From Bdellovibrionota bacterium (GTDB taxonomy: Bacteria > Bdellovibrionota_C > UBA2361 > JAAYZI01): DNA of 64,000 bases. The position numbers and the translations under genes were made by a program. Positions 19,698-30,231 of this stretch are shown here, one piece after another. The notes beneath the pieces are model-generated. The model ran no database searches and had not been told where the DNA came from. It worked only from the letters and a program-made list of their open reading frames with translations. Positions within the stretch are counted from its first letter, which is position 1, and each line of letters starts with the position of its first letter. Where the stretch lies: assembly GCA_050950765.1 (NCBI GenBank), contig JBMNIF010000003.1, positions 608,001-672,000 on the forward strand, read 5' to 3'.

Positions 19698-20102
19698 ATG
19701 AAACTTAAATTTAAAAAACATACTACACAAAAAGGTTTTACACTTCTGGAGGTGTTGATTGCTCTTATTATTTCAAGCATAGCTGCCCTCTCCTTAGCAC
19801 ACGCTTTTACCACACACCTTGATTTCAACACTCTTAACGAAAGGCGTAGCACCGCCATTCTAGCAGCACAACACTTACTTGATGACATTAGAGGTTCTGA
19901 TATCACAACTTTGCCAAGCTCCGGCACTGAAATAAGAGAGGTTGAGATCTTTGGTAAAAAATTTAACGTGACCGTTAGTTACTGCAAAAATTCTACACAT
20001 TGCACAAGTAAAGATGTTCGGGAGATACACTGCGAAGTAAGACAACAAAAAGATGGAGAACTATTATATGAGGTTGATACAGTTTTTGTTAAACTGCGCT
20101 AA
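19698..20102 (+). CDS. Type IV minor pilin (PilV-like)
   Basis: QKG|FTLLEVLIAL. Confidence 0.85.
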   Translation: MKLKFKKHTTQKGFTLLEVLIALIISSIAALSLAHAFTTHLDFNTLNERRSTAILAAQHLLDDIRGSDITTLPSSGTEIREVEIFGKKFNVTVSYCKNSTHCTSKDVREIHCEVRQQKDGELLYEVDTVFVKLR

Positions 20103-21003
20103 TTTAAAGCACGATTTAGCACCATCAAAAAGGGGGACTGAAGACGGCTTTTCGCTGTTAGAGGTTCTCGTGGCAAGCTTCATCGGATTGATCGTTGCTA
20201 TGATGTGCAGCAATACAGCATTAGTACAAAGGCAGCTCTTTTCTAATGATTCCGTACGCACCTCTCTCAATCAGAACTTACGTGGTGCAGCAGATATCAT
20301 CGTTAGTGATGGACGTGTGGCGGGAGAGAACTTAGCGGCAGCCTTCCCTGCCATAGAAGTGGTTAGCGGAGAGGAGCTCTCTCAAGAGTTGATCTTACGT
20401 AGAAACTTACTCGATGCCATCCTTAATGTCTGTTCGAATATCCAAGCAGGTACCTCAAGGTCTAGGATCTATATCGCAAACTCTAACACCGTTTCAGGGT
20501 GCGTCAGAAGCGAAGAAGCTTCAAAATACAATACTTGGCAGAACTACCGTCTTGCACAAGAAGGTCAAACCGCAAAAGCGTATATCTATAACTCTGGCAC
20601 AAAAACAGGTGAGTTTTTTACTTATTCTGCGGAAGGTATCACCTCTCAAGATTACTGGATAAGTGCTGGAGATTCCGGAACGTGGTCAAGTAACTATCCC
20701 GCTAACACCTCTTGGATCATAATCTTGGAAGAGTGGCGTTACAGAAAAAACGGTGAGATGCTTCAGATTATAGAGAATGGTGATATAACACAACCTTTTA
20801 ATTTAGCTTTCGGAATTAAGAACTTTACCACTAAGGTCGTTTTACAAGACGGCTCCGAACAAACACTATTTTCAAATGAAAATAATTGGACTGAAATCAA
20901 ACGTATCGAAACTGTTTTAAGTGGAGAAGAGAGATCAGGAAAAAGTCTTATCAACAAAACCATAAACGCCTATTTTTTTCCAAGAAATGTACTTTCTCAT
21001 TAA
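20053..21003 (+). CDS. Type IV minor pilin (PilW-like); start uncertain
   Basis: DG|FSLLEVLVAS; C-terminal FFPRN. Confidence 0.82.
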   Translation: MENYYMRLIQFLLNCANLKHDLAPSKRGTEDGFSLLEVLVASFIGLIVAMMCSNTALVQRQLFSNDSVRTSLNQNLRGAADIIVSDGRVAGENLAAAFPAIEVVSGEELSQELILRRNLLDAILNVCSNIQAGTSRSRIYIANSNTVSGCVRSEEASKYNTWQNYRLAQEGQTAKAYIYNSGTKTGEFFTYSAEGITSQDYWISAGDSGTWSSNYPANTSWIIILEEWRYRKNGEMLQIIENGDITQPFNLAFGIKNFTTKVVLQDGSEQTLFSNENNWTEIKRIETVLSGEERSGKSLINKTINAYFFPRNVLSH

Positions 21004-21014
21004 CGGATTAGCGT

Positions 21015-22826
21015 ATGAAAAAAGAACTTAGAGATAGCGGCGTAGTATTAATATCAGTCATGATGCTTGTAGCGTTGCTACTCATCACGATTGCAGCTTA
21101 TTACAAACTAACGAGTCGTGAGACTTCAAACGTACGCCATTCTGCAAAATCAGCGACAGGTTTTTACAGCGCAGAGGCGGGCTTAAACTTACGTGCAGAA
21201 GAGATTCGTGCCATTTTCACCGGCTACAATCAGCCGCAAGGAGACTCTACTAATCCTGACAACGCTTGCACATCTGGCAATATGGGAAGTGGTGATTATC
21301 AATGTAAAACCTTCTCTTTCAATAAGCGTGATGTTGTTACCTATATGATAGAATCTGAAGATAACCCCATTAACACCACCATTCCACCAGGAGAACCTTA
21401 TCAAAACTTAACAACACAAGAATATAACTATACTACCGTTTCCGTATCAAAAGATTCAAAAGATCGCCCTGAAATGATGTTGGAGTTACAATTTAAAAGT
21501 AGGTTGGTGCCGTTATTTCAATTCGCTGTATTTTACGACAAAGATTTAGAGATCCTCCCAGGAGCGAATATGACTCTGGCAGGGCCGGTTTATACCAACG
21601 GCGATCTCTACTTAAATGCAAACGGCGCACTACTTACGATTCAAGGTCAGACTATGGCAGCCGGTAAGATCTATCGCGGAAGAAAAGACAACTCCTCTAC
21701 AAGTTGTAATAGCAACTCCGTTAAGATTTTCAATTCTGCTAATGTCGCAAAATATCTTATCCCTAGTTGCCCTTCACGTTATCAAGTTAAAAATTCCGAG
21801 ATAGCTAGTTGGAACGGCATGATTCAACAAGGTGTACAAAAAGTAACCGTTCCAGGTCCCGATATATTTGACCCCGTAGTCGGAGCAACCTATTTTGATA
21901 AAGCCGACCTACGCTTAATGATGGTTATCAATGATGACGATTCTCTGCGTGGTATCGAGGTAAGAACTCCGCAAAACGCACTTGATGCTAACGCCACTAA
22001 TATTATCAATAACGCCTCTACTTGCCCAGGGAATAGAGGCGGCAAGGTCTTTAAAGAATCTAATTTCTGGAACCTGCGTGAAGGTGGTGTGAATAGACTT
22101 CTTGATATTGATATGCAAGCCCTACTGAACTGTTTAAAAAATACGAGTTGGTTCGGTACCGGCAAAAGACTCGATGATGATAGTGAAGGTGGACTGGTTT
22201 TCCACTTTTCCGTAAGTGGTAAAAGGTCAGAATACGCTTCAAGTCTTTACGGTGTACGTCTCGGAAACGCAGCAACTCTGCAATCCTCTTCTGGCACCCC
22301 TAGAGTTAAGGGAGTAACCGTTGTCTCCGACCAAGCTATTTATACTTGGGGACACTATAATTCCGTAAATAAAATACCGGCGGCTATTATGGCTGATACG
22401 GTTGGTGTGCTCTCATCAAATTGGAAAGATACAAATTGCGGAACCTCGTACTATGCTTGTCGAGACATTAGTAAACGTAAAGCCGTTGCAACAACGGTAA
22501 ATGCAGCTCTACTAACTGCAACTGATACAACAGGTAATATTGAAGGCGCAGGAGGACAAGGTGGTAATTATAACGGTGGCTATGAAAACTCGATCCGTTT
22601 CCAAGAAGGTTGGTCAGGTGTCGCTTTAACCTACACCGGATCAATAGTAAGTTTAAATACACCACAACACTCTTCAGGGAGTTGGAGGATGGGAGAGATC
22701 TACTCGGCACCTATCAGAAACTGGACTTATGACACCTCTTTTAACAGCGCAGAGAACCTTCCACCCCTTACACCCAGATTCGTTTATTTACGACAAGAGC
22801 TTTTTGAAAGAGATTTTGAGCAATAA
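21015..22826 (+). CDS. PilX/GspK-like large pilin with extended C-terminal domain
   Basis: SG|VVLISVMM (no Glu+5, as in PilX), FYSAEAGL, PLFQFAVFY, C-terminal YSAPIRNWTYD...LPPLTP. Confidence 0.8.
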   Translation: MKKELRDSGVVLISVMMLVALLLITIAAYYKLTSRETSNVRHSAKSATGFYSAEAGLNLRAEEIRAIFTGYNQPQGDSTNPDNACTSGNMGSGDYQCKTFSFNKRDVVTYMIESEDNPINTTIPPGEPYQNLTTQEYNYTTVSVSKDSKDRPEMMLELQFKSRLVPLFQFAVFYDKDLEILPGANMTLAGPVYTNGDLYLNANGALLTIQGQTMAAGKIYRGRKDNSSTSCNSNSVKIFNSANVAKYLIPSCPSRYQVKNSEIASWNGMIQQGVQKVTVPGPDIFDPVVGATYFDKADLRLMMVINDDDSLRGIEVRTPQNALDANATNIINNASTCPGNRGGKVFKESNFWNLREGGVNRLLDIDMQALLNCLKNTSWFGTGKRLDDDSEGGLVFHFSVSGKRSEYASSLYGVRLGNAATLQSSSGTPRVKGVTVVSDQAIYTWGHYNSVNKIPAAIMADTVGVLSSNWKDTNCGTSYYACRDISKRKAVATTVNAALLTATDTTGNIEGAGGQGGNYNGGYENSIRFQEGWSGVALTYTGSIVSLNTPQHSSGSWRMGEIYSAPIRNWTYDTSFNSAENLPPLTPRFVYLRQELFERDFEQ

Positions 22827-22933
22827 TTATTCAACGTAGCCGCTTAGACAAAAAACTTTTCTAGTAAGCAACGCCATTACCTTGCTAAAAAATCGTTGAG
22901 ACAGTAGATTGCGCCATCAAGTGGGAGATCAAT

Positions 22934-24076
22934 ATGACAAAGGTAGATACCGTTATTGAATGGCCGAAATCAGTGACAGAACTACACGTCCACTTAGGGG
23001 GATCGGTGCCCCTCTATCGTTTATGGGAGATCGGTATTGACCGTGGCATTCGAGGGCTTGGAGACGGTTACGAGGAATTTATCAACCTAATCAAGATCAA
23101 AGACGATAAGATCGGCAGCCTTGATGAATATCTAAAAGTTTATGACCGCATTGAATTAATCCAATCAGGTCCCAGCGCCATTCGTGAAAGCATTATTATC
23201 GCCACTCACCGCGCTTACAGAACGGGCGGCATGGTAGAGGTCGGTCCAGGAGGAGAGGGCGGATCTCCTAAGCCCCTTTTTACAACGAAACGTTTAGAGC
23301 TACGTTGGAATCCGATGAAACGAACGGGTGCCGTCTTTCTAAAGGGTGCCCATGCAGGGCTATACGATGTCGACCGTGTTATAAAGGCGGCCTGCGAGGC
23401 TGCTCAAGATGCCGAGATCGGATTTCGCGGCAATATGCAGGTGGGGCTATTGTTCTGTTTTGGTCGTGATATGACGCGACAAGCCAATGAAACGTTAGCC
23501 AAAAAGATTAGAAAATGGCGTGATAAAACAGATAAGATTATAGGTATTGATTTAGCAGGGCCGGAGTCAGTCAATTCTCTCTCGGATCCGAGAAAGCTAG
23601 CTGAAATGAAAGCCATCTTCGATTTAGCAGGAGACGGGTTAGGGCGTACTGTACATGTTGGAGAAACTAATCACGTTGATGTTGATACTTTTATCGCCAC
23701 TATTGAAGCGTTAGCCCCCTCTCGTGTAGCACATCCGATTACTGCCATTAAAGCTTATACTAAGCACGATGACGATAGAGGGCTAAAATTATTACGCGAT
23801 AGAGATATCGTCTGTGAGTTGTGTGTGAAATCAAATATGTTAACAGGCGCTGTTCACGACATTATAGAGTATAAAGATCTCCTAAGAGCGCTTGATGAAT
23901 TTAACATTAGATATACCTTTTCAACTGATGCTCCCTCACTGCAAGGCACAAGTTTAGCTGAAGAGCTACTCCTACTATTAAATAACCAAGCCGCCACACC
24001 TGAGCAGATCTTGAAGGCTTTAAAAAATGCAGATGAAAACACCTTCCTTCCACCATTTACAGAGAGGAGGTATTAA
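22934..24076 (+). CDS. add: Adenosine deaminase family amidohydrolase
   Basis: ELHVHLGGS, GIDLAGPE, TVHVGE, RVAH, ELCVKSN, STDAP. Confidence 0.8.
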   Translation: MTKVDTVIEWPKSVTELHVHLGGSVPLYRLWEIGIDRGIRGLGDGYEEFINLIKIKDDKIGSLDEYLKVYDRIELIQSGPSAIRESIIIATHRAYRTGGMVEVGPGGEGGSPKPLFTTKRLELRWNPMKRTGAVFLKGAHAGLYDVDRVIKAACEAAQDAEIGFRGNMQVGLLFCFGRDMTRQANETLAKKIRKWRDKTDKIIGIDLAGPESVNSLSDPRKLAEMKAIFDLAGDGLGRTVHVGETNHVDVDTFIATIEALAPSRVAHPITAIKAYTKHDDDRGLKLLRDRDIVCELCVKSNMLTGAVHDIIEYKDLLRALDEFNIRYTFSTDAPSLQGTSLAEELLLLLNNQAATPEQILKALKNADENTFLPPFTERRY

Positions 24077-24268
24077 TAACCCGTCACAATTTTAAAATTA
24101 CCCATCTAAAAATAGAGGAAAATAGTATTTAGATCTTACCTAATTTGTTCAATTTACACCCTAACTATCTTAATAGACTATTGATATTACAACGTTTTAT
24201 TTTATTTTATTAGCGCGTATTATTAGGATATAATAGAGATTGTGTAGTTAAAAAGGAACCGTCCTAAG

Positions 24269-25504
24269 ATGAGTAGTTCATTTGTTGTTAATTCTGTTAA
24301 TTCCAGTGCCCAAAGCATTGCTGTCGATGGGGGAAAAGTCGGCGAAAATGGGTGACAGGTAAACCGTTCTGGTGGAAACGGTGTCGTTGTTAATAATGCA
24401 GAGATAAGTGACCTTTCAAAAAATAGCATTTCAATAGATACAGTTTCTGAATTAACTGAAAGTAAATTAACGCTTACCGTTGATAACGGTGGTAATGAAA
24501 CAGGGGCGATTTCAGTTAACCATTTAAAAGAGACGCAATCTATTACAGTAAAAAGTGATAGTGAAGAGTTTAATACCTTTGCTTTTAAATTTACCAACGA
24601 CTTCCTACAAAACTTAAACTTAGATCAATCAAATGGAAATTTTTCTGTTCAGGGCACCTCTGCTAACGGAGCCTTTGAATTTAATCTTAATCGAAAAGAA
24701 GGTCGACAAGAAGGTCCTGATGGTGAGCTTGCACTAAAATCTGTCGTAGTCTTAAAAGTAAAGGATAGATACGGTAATGAGTTAGTGGCGACCTTAACAC
24801 AAGAACAGGTGGAGCTATCAAAGATCTTAACTAACAACTTATCAAAAGGAGTTCCGAAAGAACAACTTGAGAAACTTACTGATTCTATAAAAGCTATCTC
24901 CGTTTTTAGTTCCTTAGATGAACTTAATCCAGAGCAGAAAGCTGCCTTAAAGGGGCAAATAGAATATGTTACTTCGGAGCTTCCACCGCAAGCAGCAGAA
25001 CGCTTCTTAGAAGTTCTCTCTAATTTTGCTACTGAACATAAAAAAGAGGCTCTAGGGGAGCTGGTTTTACAATGTAAAAATGAGTTTCTTCTAAAGCAAT
25101 TAAAGGAAGAGATCGGTGCTCTAGAAACAGATGCCGGAAAAGATATTGAAGAAGTTTTATCATCTGTAAATGAAAATAAAAGGGAAACCCCATCACAGCG
25201 GGGAGATTCTTCTAAGACCATCATTAGCGATGAAAAGTCAGACGAGCTAGGGGAGATAGTAAAAAAACTTTCAGAAACGTTAATGAAGCGCAAAGAGGAT
25301 CTAAAAGCCAAAAAGGAGCTAGTCCAAGTAGAGAGAGATATAATCCGAGCAAGAAAGATAGAAGACCTTATCGCAAAAATGAGAGCATTAAAATTTAGTG
25401 AAGAAGAAATCAGTGCAGCAAAATGGAACGCCCCTAAAATTGCTACTGAATTCGGAATAACACTTAACAATAATACGCGTCAGCACTACACCCACTCTGC
25501 ATAA
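24269..25504 (+). pseudogene. 411-codon reading frame interrupted by one in-frame TGA (24353-24355); the track reports only the C-terminal 24785..25504 part
   Basis: AAGGA RBS plus ATG at 24269 (MSSSFVVNSV...ENG*QVNRSGG...). The frame stays open after the TGA and is in phase with 24785. Confidence 0.6.
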
Positions 25505-25652
25505 AGGCGCACCCCACCTCTTTAAAAAATACCACCTTAAAATAACTATAAGGTCAACCTTGCATCAGAATACTTAATATCTTAAGCTGCGTAGCCTCTT
25601 ATTATAATAAAGGTATCGACGCTTACGCACTTTGCTTAAATATTAACTTGTC

Positions 25653-27104
25653 ATGGTCTTTAGTTCATTTTTATTTATCTTCTGTTTTTTACCGTTATGC
25701 TTGGCAAGTTATCTTTTAACTCCGAAGCGCTATAAGAACATTACGCTACTTATCTGGAGTTTATTATTCTACGCATGGGGCACATGGAGTTTCTTCCCTG
25801 TTTTTATAGGTGGTTGCGCCGTTGATTTCTTAATCGCCCACCTCATTACAAGATCTAAAACGGCACGCGCAAGACACCTCTGGGTAACCCTCTCCGTCGT
25901 TCTTAATCTTGGAATTCTTTTTTATTACAAGTATGCAAATTTTTTCATACATGAAGTAAATGCTCTACTCTCTTCTTTCGGGGTCGCACCGGCGGAGTGG
26001 CACGCCGTTATCCTCCCTATCGGCATCTCATTTATCACCTTTCAGAGGATTAGTTACGTCATTGATGTTTATCGAGACACCGTAGCACCGGCTCGCAATT
26101 TTTTTGATTACCTCCTATACATCGCATTTTTCCCGCAACTTATCGCAGGTCCTATCATACGTTACCATGATATCGCACAACAACTTATTAGTAGAGAGCA
26201 CTCTATTGAAAACGTCTGGCAAGGTCTAAGCCGTTTTTGCATTGGACTTGCTAAAAAAGTTCTCCTTGCTGATGTACTCGGTAACATCACAGCGAACGTC
26301 GATAAACTTGGCCCTGACACCATTACACTCGGTTATGCTTGGCTTGGTGTGATCTGTTATGGATTCCAACTCTACTTTGACTTCTCAGGCTATTCCGATA
26401 TGGCGATCGGATTGGGAAGAATTTTTGGATTTAAATTTTTAGAGAACTTTGACAGACCCTATACCTCTCAAACCTTTAGCGAGTTTTGGCGCAGATGGCA
26501 TATCTCCCTCTCACGCGTCATGCGTGACTACCTATATATCCCGCTGGGAGGTAACCGCGTTGGTCCCATCCGTTCTATTAGAAATCTCTGGATCGTTTTC
26601 TTACTCTCTGGGTTTTGGCATGGCGCAAATTGGACTTTTATCTTTTTCGGTGCTTACCACGGTCTATTTTTAACGTTAGATAAGTTTGGCTGGGGCAATT
26701 ACTCAAAACAGATCGCAACAAAGAGGTTTGGACGCACTTTTAATATCTTTCTAACGTTCTTTTTCGTCCAGATCGGTTGGGTCTTTTTTAAAAGTAAGAG
26801 CATCGCTGCTGCTTGGACATACTTAGGTTATATGTTCAATCCACGCTACCTCAAGGCTGAAGTTTTTACACTACCGAGTGATATTATACACAACGCAGGA
26901 ATGTTTGTTTTTATCCTGTCAGTAACTATCTTTCTTTTACAACTTTGCCCTGAATACGATAATTTCTTAGCAAAGGTAAAGTCTCTTTTCCGCATAGTTC
27001 CTCTGCCTTTGCTCCGTTTTATCAGTTGTGCTGTTACGATCATCCTTTGCGGCGTAGTTTTATCAGCAACACGCTTTACCCCATTTATTTATTTTCAATT
27101 TTAA
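25653..27104 (+). CDS. algI: MBOAT family O-acyltransferase (AlgI/PatA-like)
   Basis: LPIGISFITFQ, FFPQLIAGPI, DFSGYSDMAIG, FWRRWHISLS, YIPLGGNR, SGFWHGA, PFIYFQF. Confidence 0.93.
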   Translation: MVFSSFLFIFCFLPLCLASYLLTPKRYKNITLLIWSLLFYAWGTWSFFPVFIGGCAVDFLIAHLITRSKTARARHLWVTLSVVLNLGILFYYKYANFFIHEVNALLSSFGVAPAEWHAVILPIGISFITFQRISYVIDVYRDTVAPARNFFDYLLYIAFFPQLIAGPIIRYHDIAQQLISREHSIENVWQGLSRFCIGLAKKVLLADVLGNITANVDKLGPDTITLGYAWLGVICYGFQLYFDFSGYSDMAIGLGRIFGFKFLENFDRPYTSQTFSEFWRRWHISLSRVMRDYLYIPLGGNRVGPIRSIRNLWIVFLLSGFWHGANWTFIFFGAYHGLFLTLDKFGWGNYSKQIATKRFGRTFNIFLTFFFVQIGWVFFKSKSIAAAWTYLGYMFNPRYLKAEVFTLPSDIIHNAGMFVFILSVTIFLLQLCPEYDNFLAKVKSLFRIVPLPLLRFISCAVTIILCGVVLSATRFTPFIYFQF

Positions 27105-27107
27105 AGG

Positions 27108-28520
27108 GTGGAATATATGTCAAAAGAGAAACGATCTATTTCATCCGCAACGAAACGTAAAATTAACCTCCTCTTATTGGGGCTATTATACCTAATCTTA
27201 ATTATCCCCCTTTCTCAAACGAATTGGTACACGACCCTTTATGCTTTCAGTCCGAAGCTAACGACCTCTTTAGCAAACCTCTTCAAATCCGATCTAAATT
27301 GGAGCGTTGTGAAAAAGAATCCGCCACAAGGAGTTGCACCCGCTAAACAACCTTTACGCCTCAACAACAGAAATTTTAAAGACGGCTCCTTCCAAAGAAG
27401 TTTTGAGGACTATTTTATGCGTGGTAATCCCCTCTGGGGTTGGCTGGTACGAACGTGCAATCAGATCGCTTTTAGCGTCTTTAATCAAGTAACTTTCAAT
27501 TACGGCGCCCCTGCTTTTATCGGTAAAGATGGTCAACTGTTACAAGCTATGTATCTTAACGCTTTTAATCGTAGGAGATCTCTACCTGAAAAAGTTTACC
27601 TAAAAAAGGTAAGAAAGATTAAGCGCTTGCGAAAGCTGCTAGCAGAGCGCGGCATTACACTACTTATAACAGTCAGTCCGAATGCTGTTGAACTTTATCC
27701 TGAACTCCTTCCTTCTAGTTATATCGACCCCAGTAGGCTTTCAAGGAAAAACAGTTACGATATTATGCGCCCTGCTATTGAGGCAGAAGGGATAGATATC
27801 GTTGACTCTTATCAGATCTTACTAGGGATGCGAGATCATTTTCCTTTTAGATTTTTCGGAAAAGGGAGTGCTCATTGGAATAACGTTGCCTCCTGTATCG
27901 CAACAAACAACATCATCTCTAAGATCTCTACCTTAACAAAAAAAGAGCTTAAGAACTTCCCGTGCTCCCCCTTCACCTATCACGAACCGATAGGTGATGA
28001 TGATGACCTTTTAAAGATAGCCAATATCCTCTTTCCTAAGCGTTATACCGAAATGATGCCCTACGCCCCTAAGGCGGAACAGTTATATCAAACTCCACCT
28101 ATCAGACTTCTAATCGTCGGAACCAGTTTTAATTTTGCGCTACTCGATCATATCAATAAACGAAACCTTGCTGATACTAAGTTTTTCTTTTACTACAAAT
28201 CTGTTTATACAAAGCAGCTCCGCGGCTCTCCCTTAAACAAAGCAAAGATCGATTGGGAAAACGATATCTTTAAAAACGATGTGATTATCTTGGAAAGTAA
28301 TTACTCAGGACTCGGTGCAATCGGTTATGATTTTCTTGATGATGCTATCCGTAAGTTAAGATACGCTAAACTTACACCAGCCCAAAAAGAAGCTCTCAAA
28401 TTAAAAAAGCAAAAACAGGCAGAAAGACTAAGAAAAAAGCGCGCTCTCCAGCCAAAAGCTGAAACTCTCAAAAAAGATTCCACAGATTCTGAGTTTGACC
28501 CTTTTAAAGAACAGGGATAA
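27108..28520 (+). CDS. AlgJ/AlgX-like SGNH O-acetyltransferase partner
   Basis: N-terminal TM, IGKDGQL, HWN, VGTSF; immediately downstream of the MBOAT gene. Confidence 0.7.
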   Translation: MEYMSKEKRSISSATKRKINLLLLGLLYLILIIPLSQTNWYTTLYAFSPKLTTSLANLFKSDLNWSVVKKNPPQGVAPAKQPLRLNNRNFKDGSFQRSFEDYFMRGNPLWGWLVRTCNQIAFSVFNQVTFNYGAPAFIGKDGQLLQAMYLNAFNRRRSLPEKVYLKKVRKIKRLRKLLAERGITLLITVSPNAVELYPELLPSSYIDPSRLSRKNSYDIMRPAIEAEGIDIVDSYQILLGMRDHFPFRFFGKGSAHWNNVASCIATNNIISKISTLTKKELKNFPCSPFTYHEPIGDDDDLLKIANILFPKRYTEMMPYAPKAEQLYQTPPIRLLIVGTSFNFALLDHINKRNLADTKFFFYYKSVYTKQLRGSPLNKAKIDWENDIFKNDVIILESNYSGLGAIGYDFLDDAIRKLRYAKLTPAQKEALKLKKQKQAERLRKKRALQPKAETLKKDSTDSEFDPFKEQG

Positions 28521-28596
28521 AGTGTCTCACGTCGTTTTCAGGTATTACTATAAGTAAAGTTATGTTATAGCCACACAACAAAAGGTAATCGATCTT

Positions 28597-30189
28597 ATGT
28601 TCAAAAAAGCGCTATTACACCCCTTGAAAACACTCTCTTCCTATGATCTATATCTGAAACTTGCCTACACACTTTTAATTGCTTTTATCGTTTCAAGCAC
28701 TGTCTTAGCTGTATACCTTCCCCCTTTTCAAGGTCCTGACGAATGGGCACATTGGGAAAATGCCTTACGACTTAACGCAACAAAAGAGAGAAAATGCTCT
28801 TTCGCTGCCTCCTTATCAAGTTTCTTTAGAGCAAGTACGTTGCGTTTTAATCCCGAACAGAAAATTATCACTGGTCTCTATGCTCAACTGGATTCAATGG
28901 AAAAAAATTGCAACTATCTGGATGGCGTAAAGATAGATTACGCCACAGCTTGGACCTATCCCTCCGTAAAAATAGTTTCCAGCATTATCAAAGGAGAGCA
29001 CCGCAAGCCACGAAAAGCCTTACTCTTCTATCTTATGAGTCGCATCACCTCATCTCTGTTAATATCTATTACGTTGTTTAGGTTTATATACCTCTGCACA
29101 ACGTACCGCTCCCTTCCCGTTCCTGGAGTATTATCCATTTTAACGCTGTCAATCTCTCCGATATTTTTACAACAATCAGCCATCATAACTGCTGATCTCC
29201 CTCTAACGATTTTTTCATTAAGTCTATTAACTTTCTTCCTTTTTTGGGGGAAACTATCTTGGTTTGATGTTATTATCTTCTTCTGCTCTGCACTCGGTGC
29301 CGCATCAAAACCGACTATTTTACCTGTTGCCGTAACCCTCTTATTTATTAAGGTCGCTTTTTCTCCTCAAAACGGATTTAGCTTAAATCCGAAAAAATGG
29401 TGTTTCCCACGTTGGAATTCTCCAGAAGGTTGCGCCTTCCTTGTAGTATTTCTTCACTGTGTCTACGCCATTATAATTGTCTTACGCACATCAGCAGGAG
29501 CTCCCGCTTCCTCTCCTGAATGGGCAAACCCAACACAACAACTTGCATATGTTACCTCCAATCCATGGGGAGTTTTTAAAATTTTAAATAAATCTCTTTA
29601 CAATACTTTTGAACCTAACGAATTGGCAAACACTCTTGGCTGGGTGGATACGAAAATAACTTTCCCCAAATTATGGAGTAATTTATTTTACATCGCTTTA
29701 ATAATCGATCTTATTTTCGCTATTACCTTAGGCATAAAGCGCTACATAAAAACAAAAAATCTCTTTTGGGGAGGTAAATTATTTCATAGTATTCTAAAAA
29801 TCGATCCGATTTTTGCAATTACTTCAAGCATAAAACAATACATAAAAATAAGAAATCTCCCTGCTTATATAAGCCAAAACGTTCTGCTACTTTTAGCTGT
29901 CTACACCATGTTGATCTTATCTGCACTATCAATTTATATAACATGGAATCCACTTAGAGCTGATTTTGTTGCAGGATTTCAGCAACGTTATTTTTTACCA
30001 CCACTTTTAATAGGTATTATTGTTATCTTTGATCTTATCTCTCTCAATAGAACCGTTACAATAAAAGAAGGTAGGCTAAAGGCAAGTTGCTCCTCCGTGT
30101 GTTCGTGGATATTAGTTTCGAGCCTTACCATCTATCTCGTTTACCAGTCAGCATCACTCTTAATTGATTTAGCGAAGAGGTATTATTAA
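28597..30189 (+). CDS. DUF2142 family polytopic membrane protein (putative GT-C glycosyltransferase)
   Basis: PPFQGPDEWAH, LGWVDT, GFQQRYFLP. Confidence 0.8.
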   Translation: MFKKALLHPLKTLSSYDLYLKLAYTLLIAFIVSSTVLAVYLPPFQGPDEWAHWENALRLNATKERKCSFAASLSSFFRASTLRFNPEQKIITGLYAQLDSMEKNCNYLDGVKIDYATAWTYPSVKIVSSIIKGEHRKPRKALLFYLMSRITSSLLISITLFRFIYLCTTYRSLPVPGVLSILTLSISPIFLQQSAIITADLPLTIFSLSLLTFFLFWGKLSWFDVIIFFCSALGAASKPTILPVAVTLLFIKVAFSPQNGFSLNPKKWCFPRWNSPEGCAFLVVFLHCVYAIIIVLRTSAGAPASSPEWANPTQQLAYVTSNPWGVFKILNKSLYNTFEPNELANTLGWVDTKITFPKLWSNLFYIALIIDLIFAITLGIKRYIKTKNLFWGGKLFHSILKIDPIFAITSSIKQYIKIRNLPAYISQNVLLLLAVYTMLILSALSIYITWNPLRADFVAGFQQRYFLPPLLIGIIVIFDLISLNRTVTIKEGRLKASCSSVCSWILVSSLTIYLVYQSASLLIDLAKRYY

Positions 30190-30231
30190 CTCCGTTTAAA
30201 TTTAAAGAAGGAACCCTTTAAAGATTAAAGA

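Noticed and set aside
24353..24355. Genome-wide TGA recoding or selenocysteine
   Set aside because: nadA and cysQ end at TGA, other genes show no internal TGA, and there is no redox-motif context or evident SECIS.
24223..25470. Minus-strand ORFs 24223..24597 and 24649..25470
   Set aside because: They are antisense shadows of the plus-strand 24269..25504 frame, which has an RBS and more protein-like composition.
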